Positions 21,791 to 31,503 of a DNA stretch of 64,000 bases are shown here, piece by piece. The notes under the pieces are model-generated. The model saw only the letters and a program-made list of their open reading frames with translations, was not told the origin of the DNA and did not search any database. Both the position numbers and the translations under genes were made by a program. Numbering within the stretch: the first letter of the stretch is position 1; every line of letters starts with the position of its first letter. This stretch comes from Bacteroidota bacterium (GTDB taxonomy: Bacteria; Bacteroidota; Bacteroidia; NS11-12g; UBA9320): the NCBI GenBank assembly GCA_013359235.1, contig JABWCE010000003.1:80517-144516 (forward strand), given 5' to 3'.

Positions 21791-22465
21791 ATGGACAACA
21801 TATTTTCAAATACCGATTATTTAAAAAGAAATGTAGAAAAAGATTTGGGCGATGAGCCTCAATATTCACCAATGGATCCGCCTGATGCATACCGACCTCC
21901 CAATTTAGAAGTTGTACCCTACGAAGCGCTTCCAGCTTTTTTAAAACATCTAACTGACGAACACAAACTTATTTCGGCAGAATTAGAAAAATTTGAAGCA
22001 ACACTTTTAGAAATACGCAAAGAAGGGGTAAACAAAGAACGCAACAACCGACTTGGCGATTTTTTTAAGTTTCTTGACGAAACAATTGTACTTCATCATT
22101 TGAAGGAAGAAAGAATTTTATTTCCTGTTTTACATGATAAACTTATTGAAATAGGCGAAAAAAGTACTGGCGATATACCCGAAACTGCAGTAGATATGCT
22201 CGAAAACGACCATATTAAAACTATGCAGCTTACTACTCTTGCTTTTAGTCTGATGGGTATTTCTTCGAGATTGACAGATATTTCTTCAAGAGCTTTATTG
22301 ATTGATACTTCTATCGAACAATCAAATTTGCTTATAGAACTTCTTCGTCTTCATATTTTTAGAGAAGAAAATGTGGTTTTTCCATTAGCTGTAAAGCATT
22401 TGAACGAAAAAGATTTTAATTTGATGAATATAAAAATGTTTAAATATTTCTCAGAACAGATTTAA
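21791..22465 (+). CDS. Hemerythrin (HHE) domain protein
   Basis: Two H..HxxxE repeats: DEH..HHLKEERILFP and NDH..HIFREENVVFP. Confidence 0.88.
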   Translation: MDNIFSNTDYLKRNVEKDLGDEPQYSPMDPPDAYRPPNLEVVPYEALPAFLKHLTDEHKLISAELEKFEATLLEIRKEGVNKERNNRLGDFFKFLDETIVLHHLKEERILFPVLHDKLIEIGEKSTGDIPETAVDMLENDHIKTMQLTTLAFSLMGISSRLTDISSRALLIDTSIEQSNLLIELLRLHIFREENVVFPLAVKHLNEKDFNLMNIKMFKYFSEQI

Positions 22466-22468
22466 AAA

Positions 22469-23452
22469 ATGTTAATAGACAATTTTTCAAGAGTTCATAA
22501 TTATCTGCGAATATCTATAACTGATAAATGCAACTTGCGATGCTCGTATTGCATTTCTGAAGATTTACCACATGGGTATTATGCCAATCAGGTAAGGATG
22601 GAAGTTGATGAAATTGATAAAATTGCTTCGATATTTGTAAAACTTGGAATTACCAAAATCCGAATCACAGGAGGCGAACCACTTGTGAGAAAAGATGCAG
22701 AAAAAATTATACGAAGCCTTGCTAAATACCCGGTAGAGCTTGTAATTACAACTAATGGAGTATATGTTGACGAATTTATTTCTGTTTTTAAAGAATCAAA
22801 CATAAAATCGGTAAATGTGAGCCTTGACTCACTTAATACCGAAAGATTTTTACAAATTACAAGGCGAAATGAGTTTCAAAAAGTTAAAAAAAATATTGAT
22901 TTACTTCTTGAAAATGATTTTCATGTAAAAGTTAATACAGTTTTACAAAAAGGTATAAATGATGATGAAATTTTAGATTTTATTGACTGGACAAAAGACG
23001 TACCGGTTCATGTACGATTCATTGAATTTATGCCTTTTTCGGGAAATGACTGGGACAAAAACAAAGTAATTTCATTAAGCAAAGTTTTAGAAGAAATAAA
23101 CAAAAAATACCATTTTATTGAACTGATAAATGAAAAAAATGATACTGCCAAAAAATATTTTGTGCCTAATCATAAAGGAACTTTTGCCATAATAAGTACA
23201 ATGACACAACCATTTTGCAATACTTGCAATCGTCTTAGAATTACTTCTGACGGTAAAATGTACAATTGCCTGTTTGGAACACTTGAAACCGATTTGCTTA
23301 CAGCTTTAAGAAACAATCAGGATATTGAAAAGCTAATAATCGAAAATGTAAAAAGTAAACATTTTATGCTTGGCGGAAACAATGAAAACAGCAATTGGGG
23401 TATAAAAAATACCGATACCCGTAAGAAAAGCATGATAAATATTGGAGGATAA
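22469..23452 (+). CDS. moaA: GTP 3',8-cyclase (radical SAM)
   Basis: YLRISITDKCNLRCSYC, TGGEPL, FCNTCNRLR..C, C-terminal IGG. Confidence 0.96.
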   Translation: MLIDNFSRVHNYLRISITDKCNLRCSYCISEDLPHGYYANQVRMEVDEIDKIASIFVKLGITKIRITGGEPLVRKDAEKIIRSLAKYPVELVITTNGVYVDEFISVFKESNIKSVNVSLDSLNTERFLQITRRNEFQKVKKNIDLLLENDFHVKVNTVLQKGINDDEILDFIDWTKDVPVHVRFIEFMPFSGNDWDKNKVISLSKVLEEINKKYHFIELINEKNDTAKKYFVPNHKGTFAIISTMTQPFCNTCNRLRITSDGKMYNCLFGTLETDLLTALRNNQDIEKLIIENVKSKHFMLGGNNENSNWGIKNTDTRKKSMINIGG

Positions 23453-23466
23453 AATTTTTTTAAATC

Positions 23467-23484
23467 CGTTATGAAAATTATAAC
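23467..23484. promoter_or_regulatory. Candidate ModE-type operator between moaA and moeA
   Basis: cGTTAT-N7-ATAAC palindrome 9 nt before the moeA ATG. Confidence 0.45.
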
Positions 23485-23493
23485 ATATCGAAA

Positions 23494-24672
23494 ATGATTT
23501 CAACAGACGTAGCATTAAATTTAATATTAAAAAAATCAATTTTACTTAATAAAGCTGAACTGCCTATACTTGATGCATTTGGCTACATTATAGCAAAAAA
23601 AATTAAATCAAAAATAGATTATCCGCCATTTGACCAATCTGCAATGGATGGATATGGTATAAGATTTAGTGATTTTACCAAGCAAAGTCAGATAAATATT
23701 GTTCAAGAACTTCAAGCAGGTAGAAATTCAAACAAAACTATTTCAAAAAATCAGGCTGTAAGAATTTTTACAGGAGCTAAGGTTCCCGAAGGAGTTGATA
23801 CAGTAGTTATGCAAGAAAAAACATTTGTAAAAAACAAGCAATTAATAATTACAGATAATGAATTGAGCAAAGGAAACAACATAAGAAAGCAAGGTTCGCA
23901 AACTAAAAAAGGCGATTTAATAATAAATGAAGGGAAAAAAATTACAGCCGGAGTTACCGGATTTTTGGCAGGCTTAGGTTGTTACAAAGTAAATGTATAT
24001 AAAAAACCCAGAGTATGTATAATAACAACAGGCAAAGAACTTGTTGAAGAAGGGGGTCGAATTGGGGGAAGTAAGATATACGAAAGCAACTCGTTTAGCC
24101 TTAGATCTGCTCTAAAACAACAAAACATTGTTGATGTAAAAAATTTTACAGTAGATGATGATGAAACAGAAATTGAAACTTGTATAAATGAAAATATTGA
24201 CAATTGTGATATTTTGATTGTTACAGGAGGTGTATCGGTTGGCGATTACGATTTTGTAGTTAATTCTTTTAAAAATTGTGGAGTAAAAAAAATCTTTCAT
24301 AAAGTTAAACAAAAGCCAGGCAAACCAATGTATTTTGGAAAACACAAAAAAACTTTGGTTTTTGGGTTACCCGGCAATCCATCGGCAGTTTTAACATGCT
24401 TTTACATATATGTTTTACCTGCTATTTTAAAAATTACAGGTTCTAATGATTTAAACAAAAAAATTAAATTAACTCTTGCAAACGACTTTAAGAAAAAAAG
24501 TGACCTCACCTATTTTCTCAAAGGCAAAATATCAGAAAACAACGTAATAGCATTACATTCGCAGGAATCCTATCAAATGAATTCGTTTGCCGATGCAGAT
24601 TGTATTATTAAACTTGAAGAGAATAAAACTGAGTATAAAAAAGGCGAAATTGTTGATGTATTTATAATTTAA
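23494..24672 (+). CDS. moeA: Molybdopterin molybdotransferase
   Basis: PPFDQSAMDGY, RIFTGA, TGGVSVGDYD, QKPGKP, GLPGNP. Confidence 0.95.
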   Translation: MISTDVALNLILKKSILLNKAELPILDAFGYIIAKKIKSKIDYPPFDQSAMDGYGIRFSDFTKQSQINIVQELQAGRNSNKTISKNQAVRIFTGAKVPEGVDTVVMQEKTFVKNKQLIITDNELSKGNNIRKQGSQTKKGDLIINEGKKITAGVTGFLAGLGCYKVNVYKKPRVCIITTGKELVEEGGRIGGSKIYESNSFSLRSALKQQNIVDVKNFTVDDDETEIETCINENIDNCDILIVTGGVSVGDYDFVVNSFKNCGVKKIFHKVKQKPGKPMYFGKHKKTLVFGLPGNPSAVLTCFYIYVLPAILKITGSNDLNKKIKLTLANDFKKKSDLTYFLKGKISENNVIALHSQESYQMNSFADADCIIKLEENKTEYKKGEIVDVFII

Positions 24673-24675
24673 AAA

Positions 24676-25011
24676 ATGGATGAAACAAAAATAAACGGAA
24701 ATATTTGGATTGAAATTTCAAGATTAAAACTTGGTAGAGGCAGGGTAAATTTGCTCGAAAACATAAAAAAATTCGGTTCTATAACCGCTGCGGCAAAAAG
24801 CATTAAAATACCATATAGGCAGGCATGGGCAATGGTGAAAGAAATGAATAATAGTGCTAAAACAGAACTTGTTAAAATGAAAATAGGCGGAAAACATGGC
24901 GGAGGTGCAATTCTTACTGAGGAAGGTGAAAAAGTGCTTTTAACCTTTTATAAAACCCAAAAACAATTTGAAGATTTCAAAGAGAAAACAATAAACTCGT
25001 TAAACAAATAG
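24676..25011 (+). CDS. ModE-family winged-helix protein lacking molybdate-binding TOBE domains
   Basis: LGRGRVNLLENIKKFGSITAAAK..YRQAW, GGKHGGGAILT; only 111 aa. Confidence 0.85.
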   Translation: MDETKINGNIWIEISRLKLGRGRVNLLENIKKFGSITAAAKSIKIPYRQAWAMVKEMNNSAKTELVKMKIGGKHGGGAILTEEGEKVLLTFYKTQKQFEDFKEKTINSLNK

Positions 25012-25014
25012 GCA

Positions 25015-25749
25015 ATGGATATTTCAATCTATATTTTTTATACAATACTTTTCATAGTTGCATTTTTATATTCATCAGTTGGGCATGGCGGTGCCAGCGG
25101 ATATTTGGCATTAATGACCTTATTTTCATTTTCGCCAGCAGTATCAAGGCAAACAGCACTGATATTGAATATTTTTGTTTCGCTTGTTGCTTTTTACCAG
25201 TATTACAGAAGCAATAATTTCAACTTTAAACTATTTTATCCCTTTGCAATAACATCAATTCCCGCTGCATTTTTTGGTGGCATGATTACTCTAGATGCAG
25301 GTATTTACAAAAAAATTCTGGCTGTTTTAATTTTATTTCCTGTAATAAAACTTATGCAAAACCCAAGCAAAGAACAAAAAATTAAAAACACTCAAAATTT
25401 AGCATTTTCATTGATAATAGGCTTGCTAATAGGATTTTTATCAGGCATTATTGGAATTGGAGGTGGAATATTATTAAGCCCTATAATTTTATTGCTTGGC
25501 TGGGGAAATATGAAACAAACAGCAGCCACATCGGCTTTATTTATATTTGTAAATTCAATTGCCGGAATTTTGGGTGTAGTGTCAAAAGGTGTAAGTTTTA
25601 CTAATGAAATGTTTTTGATGATTTGTGTGGCATTTGTGGGAGGAGTAGCAGGTTCGTATTTCGGAGCTTTAAAATTTGACAATAAAATATTGAAAATTAT
25701 ACTTGCAATAGTTTTACTTATTGCATCTGTTAAGCTTTTAACAACATAA
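25015..25749 (+). CDS. TSUP (TauE/SafE) family permease
   Basis: SSVGHGGASGY and SGIIGIGGGILLSP repeats; about 8 TM helices. Confidence 0.9.
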   Translation: MDISIYIFYTILFIVAFLYSSVGHGGASGYLALMTLFSFSPAVSRQTALILNIFVSLVAFYQYYRSNNFNFKLFYPFAITSIPAAFFGGMITLDAGIYKKILAVLILFPVIKLMQNPSKEQKIKNTQNLAFSLIIGLLIGFLSGIIGIGGGILLSPIILLLGWGNMKQTAATSALFIFVNSIAGILGVVSKGVSFTNEMFLMICVAFVGGVAGSYFGALKFDNKILKIILAIVLLIASVKLLTT

Positions 25750-25753
25750 AAAA

Positions 25754-25987
25754 ATGAGTCTAAAAATATTGTTTTTCGGTCAGTTGACAGATATTACTAA
25801 GAAAAATGAAATAATTACTCCATTTTTTGAAGATACTAATACACTTATAAATTTTTTAGAAAAAGAATACAAAGGTTTGAAAAATGCCGAATATACGTTG
25901 GCGGTTAACAAAAACATAGTTAAAGAAAATAAGGTTTTGCATCAAAATGACGAAATAGCACTACTACCACCATTTTCGGGAGGTTAA
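25754..25987 (+). CDS. moaD: Molybdopterin synthase sulfur carrier
   Basis: 77 aa, ILFFG, AVN, C-terminal DEIALLPPFSGG. Confidence 0.93.
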   Translation: MSLKILFFGQLTDITKKNEIITPFFEDTNTLINFLEKEYKGLKNAEYTLAVNKNIVKENKVLHQNDEIALLPPFSGG

Positions 25988-26007
25988 AAGGTAAAAACAT
26001 TTAAAAA

Positions 26008-27111
26008 TTGGAACGATACAAACGACAGATAATATTAGAAGAATTTGGTGAAGAATCACAGAAAAAACTACTTAACTCAAGAGTTTTGATATGTGGTGCA
26101 GGTGGTTTGGGATGCCCTGCATTGTTGTATTTTGCTGCTGCGGGAATTGGAACCATTGGCATTGCAGACTTTGATAAAGTTGAAATAACAAATCTGCAAA
26201 GGCAAACACTTTATAACGAAAATGACTTAGGCAAACTAAAAGTAGAAGCTGCAAAAGAAAATCTGGGTAAGTTAAACAGCAATATAAAAATTAATACTTA
26301 CAATACATCAATAAACAATAAAAATGCAGTAGAAATAATAAGTAATTACGATATAGTTGTAGATGGAACAGATAATTTTGAAACGAGATACATTTTGAAT
26401 GACACATGTGTTTTGCTCGACAAACCATTAGTTTATGGTGCCGTATTGAAATTTGAAGGGCAAGTAGGCGTTTTTAATTTGCAAACAAAAAACAACAATT
26501 TTAAAACTAATTACAGAGATTTGTTTCATACCCCCCCCGACCCTAAAAAAAATCCTACTTGCAACGATGCAGGCATACTCGGTGTACTGCCAGGCATTAT
26601 TGGCACTTTGCAAGCTACAGAAACAATAAAAATAATAACAGGAATAGGCGAACCACTAGCAAATCAAATATTGTCATTTAATGCTCTTTCAAATAGTTTT
26701 TATAAAGTAAATCTTGCTAAGAGCGAAAAAAATGGTGTGCCTGTAAATATTGAAGACTTTAAAAACTATGATTACAGTTTGTTTTGCAATTCAAAAACCA
26801 ATGAAAATGAAATTGAAATTTCACAATTCAAAAAACTTTTGAAAACTGAAAAATTAACTATAGTTGATATAAGAGAATATGGCGAAAAGCCCGATACTAC
26901 TGACTTTTCTTACAAAAAAATTCCAATGTCGCAACTATACGAAAACCTTAATTATTTTATTTGCGATGATAAATTGATAATTTTTTGCCAAACCGGTAAA
27001 CGAAGCCTTAATGTGGCAGAAATATTAAAAGACGAACTTCCTGGTCAAAGCATTTACAGCCTGAAAGGCGGTATTGTAGAATGGGAAAAAAATAAGCTAT
27101 TGAAAAAATGA
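26008..27111 (+). CDS. moeB: MoeB adenylyltransferase fused to rhodanese domain
   Basis: RYKRQ, GAGGLG, TNLQRQ, DGTDNF, CNDAG; C-terminal rhodanese FCQTGKRS and LKGG. Confidence 0.92.
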   Translation: MERYKRQIILEEFGEESQKKLLNSRVLICGAGGLGCPALLYFAAAGIGTIGIADFDKVEITNLQRQTLYNENDLGKLKVEAAKENLGKLNSNIKINTYNTSINNKNAVEIISNYDIVVDGTDNFETRYILNDTCVLLDKPLVYGAVLKFEGQVGVFNLQTKNNNFKTNYRDLFHTPPDPKKNPTCNDAGILGVLPGIIGTLQATETIKIITGIGEPLANQILSFNALSNSFYKVNLAKSEKNGVPVNIEDFKNYDYSLFCNSKTNENEIEISQFKKLLKTEKLTIVDIREYGEKPDTTDFSYKKIPMSQLYENLNYFICDDKLIIFCQTGKRSLNVAEILKDELPGQSIYSLKGGIVEWEKNKLLKK

Positions 27112-27551
27112 AAGAACACAAAATAAAAAATGTATTTGTTGAAGGAGCAATAAAAGCTGAGTTTGTAGCAGAATCAATTGCCAAACACAGCACAAAAAAA
27201 AACATAGGGGCACATAGTATTTTTTTAGGACAGGTGCGAAATGATATAATTGATGGTAACACTGTAAAAGCAATAGAATACACAAGCTACAATGAAATGG
27301 CTCTTGAAAAATTTCACGAAATAAGAAATGAAGTTTTTGAAAAATATGATATTGAGTGTATGCACATATATCATAGTTTAGGAAAAGTACAAGCAGGCGA
27401 AATTAGTCTTTTTGTTTTTACATCATCAACTCATAGAAAAGAAGCAATAAAAGCCTGCGAACACACAGTAGAGAGAATAAAAGCTGAAGTGCCTGTTTGG
27501 GGTAAAGAAATATTTGAAAATGAAAATTATATTTGGAAAAAAAACAATTAA
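27108..27551 (+). CDS. moaE: Molybdopterin synthase catalytic subunit
   Basis: FLGQVRND, IYHSLG, STHRKEA, IKAEVPVWGKE. Confidence 0.93.
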   Translation: MKEHKIKNVFVEGAIKAEFVAESIAKHSTKKNIGAHSIFLGQVRNDIIDGNTVKAIEYTSYNEMALEKFHEIRNEVFEKYDIECMHIYHSLGKVQAGEISLFVFTSSTHRKEAIKACEHTVERIKAEVPVWGKEIFENENYIWKKNN

Positions 27552-27554
27552 AAA

Positions 27555-28469
27555 ATGATAGATATTACAGGTAAAATTAAAACTCATCGTCAAGCCATAG
27601 CCCAAGCTATTGTTAAAGTAAGTAGCAGGCAAACTATAGATGCAATACTAAACAAAACAGTACCCAAAGGCGATGTACTTGAATGCAGCAGAGTTGCAGG
27701 TTTGTTTGCAGTAAAGCGTACAAGCGATATGATACCAGATTGTCATCCTTTGCCCGTTGAATACACAAAAATCACACATCAAATTGACGATTTGAGTATA
27801 GTAGCAGAAGTAGAAGTTCATACAATTTACCGCACAGGAGTAGAAGTAGAAGCTATGCACGGAGCATCGGTTGTTGCATTAACAATATATGATATGCTAA
27901 AACCAATAGACAAAAACATTGAAATACAAAATATAAAATTAATTTCAAAAAAGGGTGGAAAATCAGAATTTTCAGATAAACTAAAAAAAGACCTTAAATC
28001 GTCGGTTATAGTTTGTTCAGATAGTATTTCGGCGGGGCAAAAGCATGATAAAGCAGGTAAAGCAATAATTGCAAAACTTGAAAAATACAATGTAAATAAT
28101 GAGCAATACATAATAATACCCGACAATATAGAGAAAATACAAGAAACAATAAAAAATCTATGTGATAAAAAAACCGATTTGTTAATAATTACCGGGGGGA
28201 CAGGTTTATCAAAAACCGATGTAACACCCGAAGCTGTAAAACCACTTTTAGACCGTGAAATTCCTGGAATAGCAGAAGCAGCAAGAAACTACGGACAAAA
28301 TATGATGCCATATTCTATGCTATCAAGAAGTATTGCAGGTTTGATTGGCGAAACATTAGTAATAGCATTGCCCGGCTCTACAAGAGGAGCTAAAGAAAGC
28401 ATGGACGCATTGTTCCCTTATGTTTTGCATATTTTTAAGCTAAATGAAAAATCGCCACATGGCAATTAA
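27555..28469 (+). CDS. moaCB: Bifunctional MoaC/MoaB(MogA) protein
   Basis: MIDIT.K, KGDVL, IPDCHP, TGVEVEAM, IYDMLK followed by TGGTG, DVTPEA, LSR, LPGS. Confidence 0.93.
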   Translation: MIDITGKIKTHRQAIAQAIVKVSSRQTIDAILNKTVPKGDVLECSRVAGLFAVKRTSDMIPDCHPLPVEYTKITHQIDDLSIVAEVEVHTIYRTGVEVEAMHGASVVALTIYDMLKPIDKNIEIQNIKLISKKGGKSEFSDKLKKDLKSSVIVCSDSISAGQKHDKAGKAIIAKLEKYNVNNEQYIIIPDNIEKIQETIKNLCDKKTDLLIITGGTGLSKTDVTPEAVKPLLDREIPGIAEAARNYGQNMMPYSMLSRSIAGLIGETLVIALPGSTRGAKESMDALFPYVLHIFKLNEKSPHGN

Positions 28470-28474
28470 TAAAA

Positions 28475-29560
28475 ATGAAGCGTAATATTTTATATGTATT
28501 TTTTGGTGTTTTCATTTTATTTTCATGCAAAAAAAAATATGAAACTTCGTATGTTAAAGAACAAGATATTACAGAATCTGTCTATGCTTCGGGCATAATT
28601 AAAGGTAAAAACCAATATCAGGTTTTTTCTACTGTAAATGGTATTATAGAAAAAGTTTTTGTAAGCGAAGGTGATTTTGTGTCGGTTAATCAACCTATTT
28701 TAAAAATCTTGAATAATACAGTTTCATTAAATGCCGATAATGCCAGATTGCAGGCAGAATATAACGATTTTAAACAAAACAACGAAAAATTAGAAGAATA
28801 TAAATCAAATATTGAATTGCTCAAAATAAAATTGAGAACTGATTCTTTAATGTATCAAAGACAATTAAATCTATGGAAAAATAATATTGGCAGCAAAATA
28901 GAACTTGAACAAAGAGAACTTGCTTTTAAAAATTCAAAAACATCTTTAGAATCGGCTATCTTAAAGTTTAATGATTTAAAGAAACAGCTTTCATTGCTTG
29001 CGGCACAATCTAAAAACAATATGAAAATAAGCAACGATATTTTTGATGATTTTACAATCAAAAGTCGTATAAATGGCAGAGTTTACAATATGCTAAAAGA
29101 AGAAGGTGAATTAGTAAATACCATGTCGCCAGTAGCTATTTTGGGTGATGTTGATTCGTTTTTAATAGAACTTCAAATTGATGAATACGATATTTCAAAA
29201 ATTCAAAAAGGACAAGAAGTATTGTTGACCATGGACAGCTACAAATCAAAAGTATTTGAAGCAAAAGTCAGCAAAATTTTACCTTCAATGAACCCTTCAA
29301 CCCGTTCATTTACAATAGAAGCACATTTTACAAAGCCACCTCCCATTATTTTTCCGAACACAACAACCGAAGCCAATATTTTAATAAGAAAAATTAAAAA
29401 AGCATTAACCATAGATAGAAATTATCTAATTGACGATTCGTTTGTATATATAAATAAAAGTGATAAAATTTTAGTAAAAACAGGGCTGAAAGACCTGAAA
29501 AAGGTTGAAATTATTAAAGGATTAAAAAATAATGATAAAATTTATTTACCCCTTAAATGA
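28475..29560 (+). CDS. Periplasmic adaptor (HlyD/MacA family) lipoprotein
   Basis: Lipobox LFSC, lipoyl halves (VSEGDFV, KEEGELV), coiled-coil hairpin, IDEYDISKI. Confidence 0.9.
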   Translation: MKRNILYVFFGVFILFSCKKKYETSYVKEQDITESVYASGIIKGKNQYQVFSTVNGIIEKVFVSEGDFVSVNQPILKILNNTVSLNADNARLQAEYNDFKQNNEKLEEYKSNIELLKIKLRTDSLMYQRQLNLWKNNIGSKIELEQRELAFKNSKTSLESAILKFNDLKKQLSLLAAQSKNNMKISNDIFDDFTIKSRINGRVYNMLKEEGELVNTMSPVAILGDVDSFLIELQIDEYDISKIQKGQEVLLTMDSYKSKVFEAKVSKILPSMNPSTRSFTIEAHFTKPPPIIFPNTTTEANILIRKIKKALTIDRNYLIDDSFVYINKSDKILVKTGLKDLKKVEIIKGLKNNDKIYLPLK

Positions 29561-30816
29561 AATTAAAACTAAATGCCGAAATAGCTAAAAAACTACTGAT
29601 AGCAAGATGGCGACAAACTCTTGTTGCTGCTGTTGGGGTTACTTTCAGTATAACTATGTTCATCACTTTACTAAGTTTTATGACCGGTTTAAACGACTTG
29701 CTCGACAATCTTATTTTAAACAGAACTCCGCATATAAACCTTTACAACGATATAAGACCAAGCCAAAATATGCCTGCTGATTTATCAATAGAATTTAAAA
29801 ATTATCATAATTTTATAAGTTCTGTAAAAGTAAAAAACCGCGATGCTGATATTTACAACAACAATGCAATTATCAAAACTCTGAAAAGCGATAATAGAAT
29901 AAAAGGCATTGCTCCCAAAGTAATTACTCAGGTATTTTTTAATACTGGGCAATCGGTAATAGCAGGTGTAATAAATGGAATAGATGTAGAAGCAGAAAAA
30001 AATCTGTTTTTTTTTGATGATTATATTACCAAAGGCAAATCAATTGATTTAAAAAACATTTCAAATAGTATAATACTTGGCAAAGGCTTAGCTGATAAAC
30101 TACTTGCAAACATTGGTGATATAATTTATATTTCTACCACACAAGGCGAAACTTTTTCGCTCAAACTTGTAGGTATTTTTCAATCAGGTTTACACGATTT
30201 TGATAAAACTCAAAGTTTCGCTTCATTAAGCACAGTACAAAAAATACTTAAAAAGCCCGCAAATTACATTACCGACATACAAATAAAACTTTTTGATGTG
30301 AATAAAGCCCCGGCAATGGCTAAAGAGTTTAACAAAACTTTTGAAACCGATGCCGAAGATATTCAAACAGCAAATGCACAATTTGAAACAGGGAGTTTTA
30401 TTAGAACAATAATTGCATATTCAGTAGGAATCACATTACTAATTGTGGCAGGTTTTGGAATTTACAATATTTTAAACATGATGATTTATGAGAAAATGGA
30501 TTCGATAGCAATTTTGAAAGCTACAGGTTTTGCGGGGCGTGACGTAAAAAATATTTTTATAATGATAGCTGTATGGATAGGTTTGTTTGGCGGAACACTT
30601 GGTTTAATCTTTGGTTTTTTGCTTTCATCGGTTATAGATCAAATACCATTTAACACAGCAGCTTTGCCAACCATAAAAACATTTCCTATAAATTATAACC
30701 CTTATTTTTATATAATTGGTTCGGTTTTTTCATTGATAACTACATATTTTGCGGGGTACTTTCCTGCCAGAAAAGCAAGTAAAATAGATCCTGTAATTAT
30801 AATTAGAGGCAAATAA
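29557..30816 (+). CDS. ABC transporter permease, FtsX/MacB/LolE family
   Basis: TM1, large periplasmic domain, IAILKATGF, PARKASKIDPV. Confidence 0.9.
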   Translation: MKLKLNAEIAKKLLIARWRQTLVAAVGVTFSITMFITLLSFMTGLNDLLDNLILNRTPHINLYNDIRPSQNMPADLSIEFKNYHNFISSVKVKNRDADIYNNNAIIKTLKSDNRIKGIAPKVITQVFFNTGQSVIAGVINGIDVEAEKNLFFFDDYITKGKSIDLKNISNSIILGKGLADKLLANIGDIIYISTTQGETFSLKLVGIFQSGLHDFDKTQSFASLSTVQKILKKPANYITDIQIKLFDVNKAPAMAKEFNKTFETDAEDIQTANAQFETGSFIRTIIAYSVGITLLIVAGFGIYNILNMMIYEKMDSIAILKATGFAGRDVKNIFIMIAVWIGLFGGTLGLIFGFLLSSVIDQIPFNTAALPTIKTFPINYNPYFYIIGSVFSLITTYFAGYFPARKASKIDPVIIIRGK

Positions 30817-30819
30817 AAA

Positions 30820-31503
30820 ATGACAAAAACAATTTTAGAAGCCCAAAATATTACTAAGTATTTTCACGACCCCGTAACAACTAAAGTTTTAAACAATATT
30901 AATTTTAAAATAGATAAAGGTGAATTTGTGTCAATTGTTGGAAAATCGGGCTGTGGCAAATCTACTCTGCTTTATATACTTTCCACAATGGACACAGATT
31001 ACGAAGGAGATGTAATTATAGACAAGCAAAGCATGAAAAACAAAAAAGAAAAACAACTTGCATCAGTAAGAAATGAAAAAATAGGCTTTGTATTTCAATT
31101 TCATTACCTTTTAAACGAATTTTCTGTTATAGAAAACGTAATGTTACCAGGATTGAAACTCGGAAAACACACACGTGAAGAAGTAGAAAGCCGAGCTTTA
31201 CAAAAACTAAAAATGCTTGAAATAGATAAACTTGCACTTAAAAAAGCAAATAAAATTTCGGGCGGCGAAAAACAAAGGGTAGCAATTGCAAGAGCTTTGA
31301 TTAATGACCCTTTGATAATAATGGGCGATGAACCAACGGGAAACCTTGATAAAAAAAACAGTTCAATAGTTTTTGATATTTTTAAAAAACTAAGCGATGA
31401 ATATAATCAAACATTATTAATTGTTACACACGATCAAGGTTTTGCACAAAATACCAATAGAACTATAATAATGGAAGACGGTAAAATAATAAATCATGGA
31501 TAA
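30820..31503 (+). CDS. ABC transporter ATP-binding protein (LolD/MacB-like)
   Basis: GKSGCGKST, GFVFQFHYL, ISGGEKQRVAIAR, DEPTGNLD, VTHD. Confidence 0.95.
   Translation: MTKTILEAQNITKYFHDPVTTKVLNNINFKIDKGEFVSIVGKSGCGKSTLLYILSTMDTDYEGDVIIDKQSMKNKKEKQLASVRNEKIGFVFQFHYLLNEFSVIENVMLPGLKLGKHTREEVESRALQKLKMLEIDKLALKKANKISGGEKQRVAIARALINDPLIIMGDEPTGNLDKKNSSIVFDIFKKLSDEYNQTLLIVTHDQGFAQNTNRTIIMEDGKIINHG

Noticed and set aside
26008-27111. moeB as a degenerate gene because the Zn-binding CxxC is replaced by NYRDLF
   Set aside because: The ORF is intact with ATP-binding and rhodanese motifs, and Zn-less MoeB variants are known.
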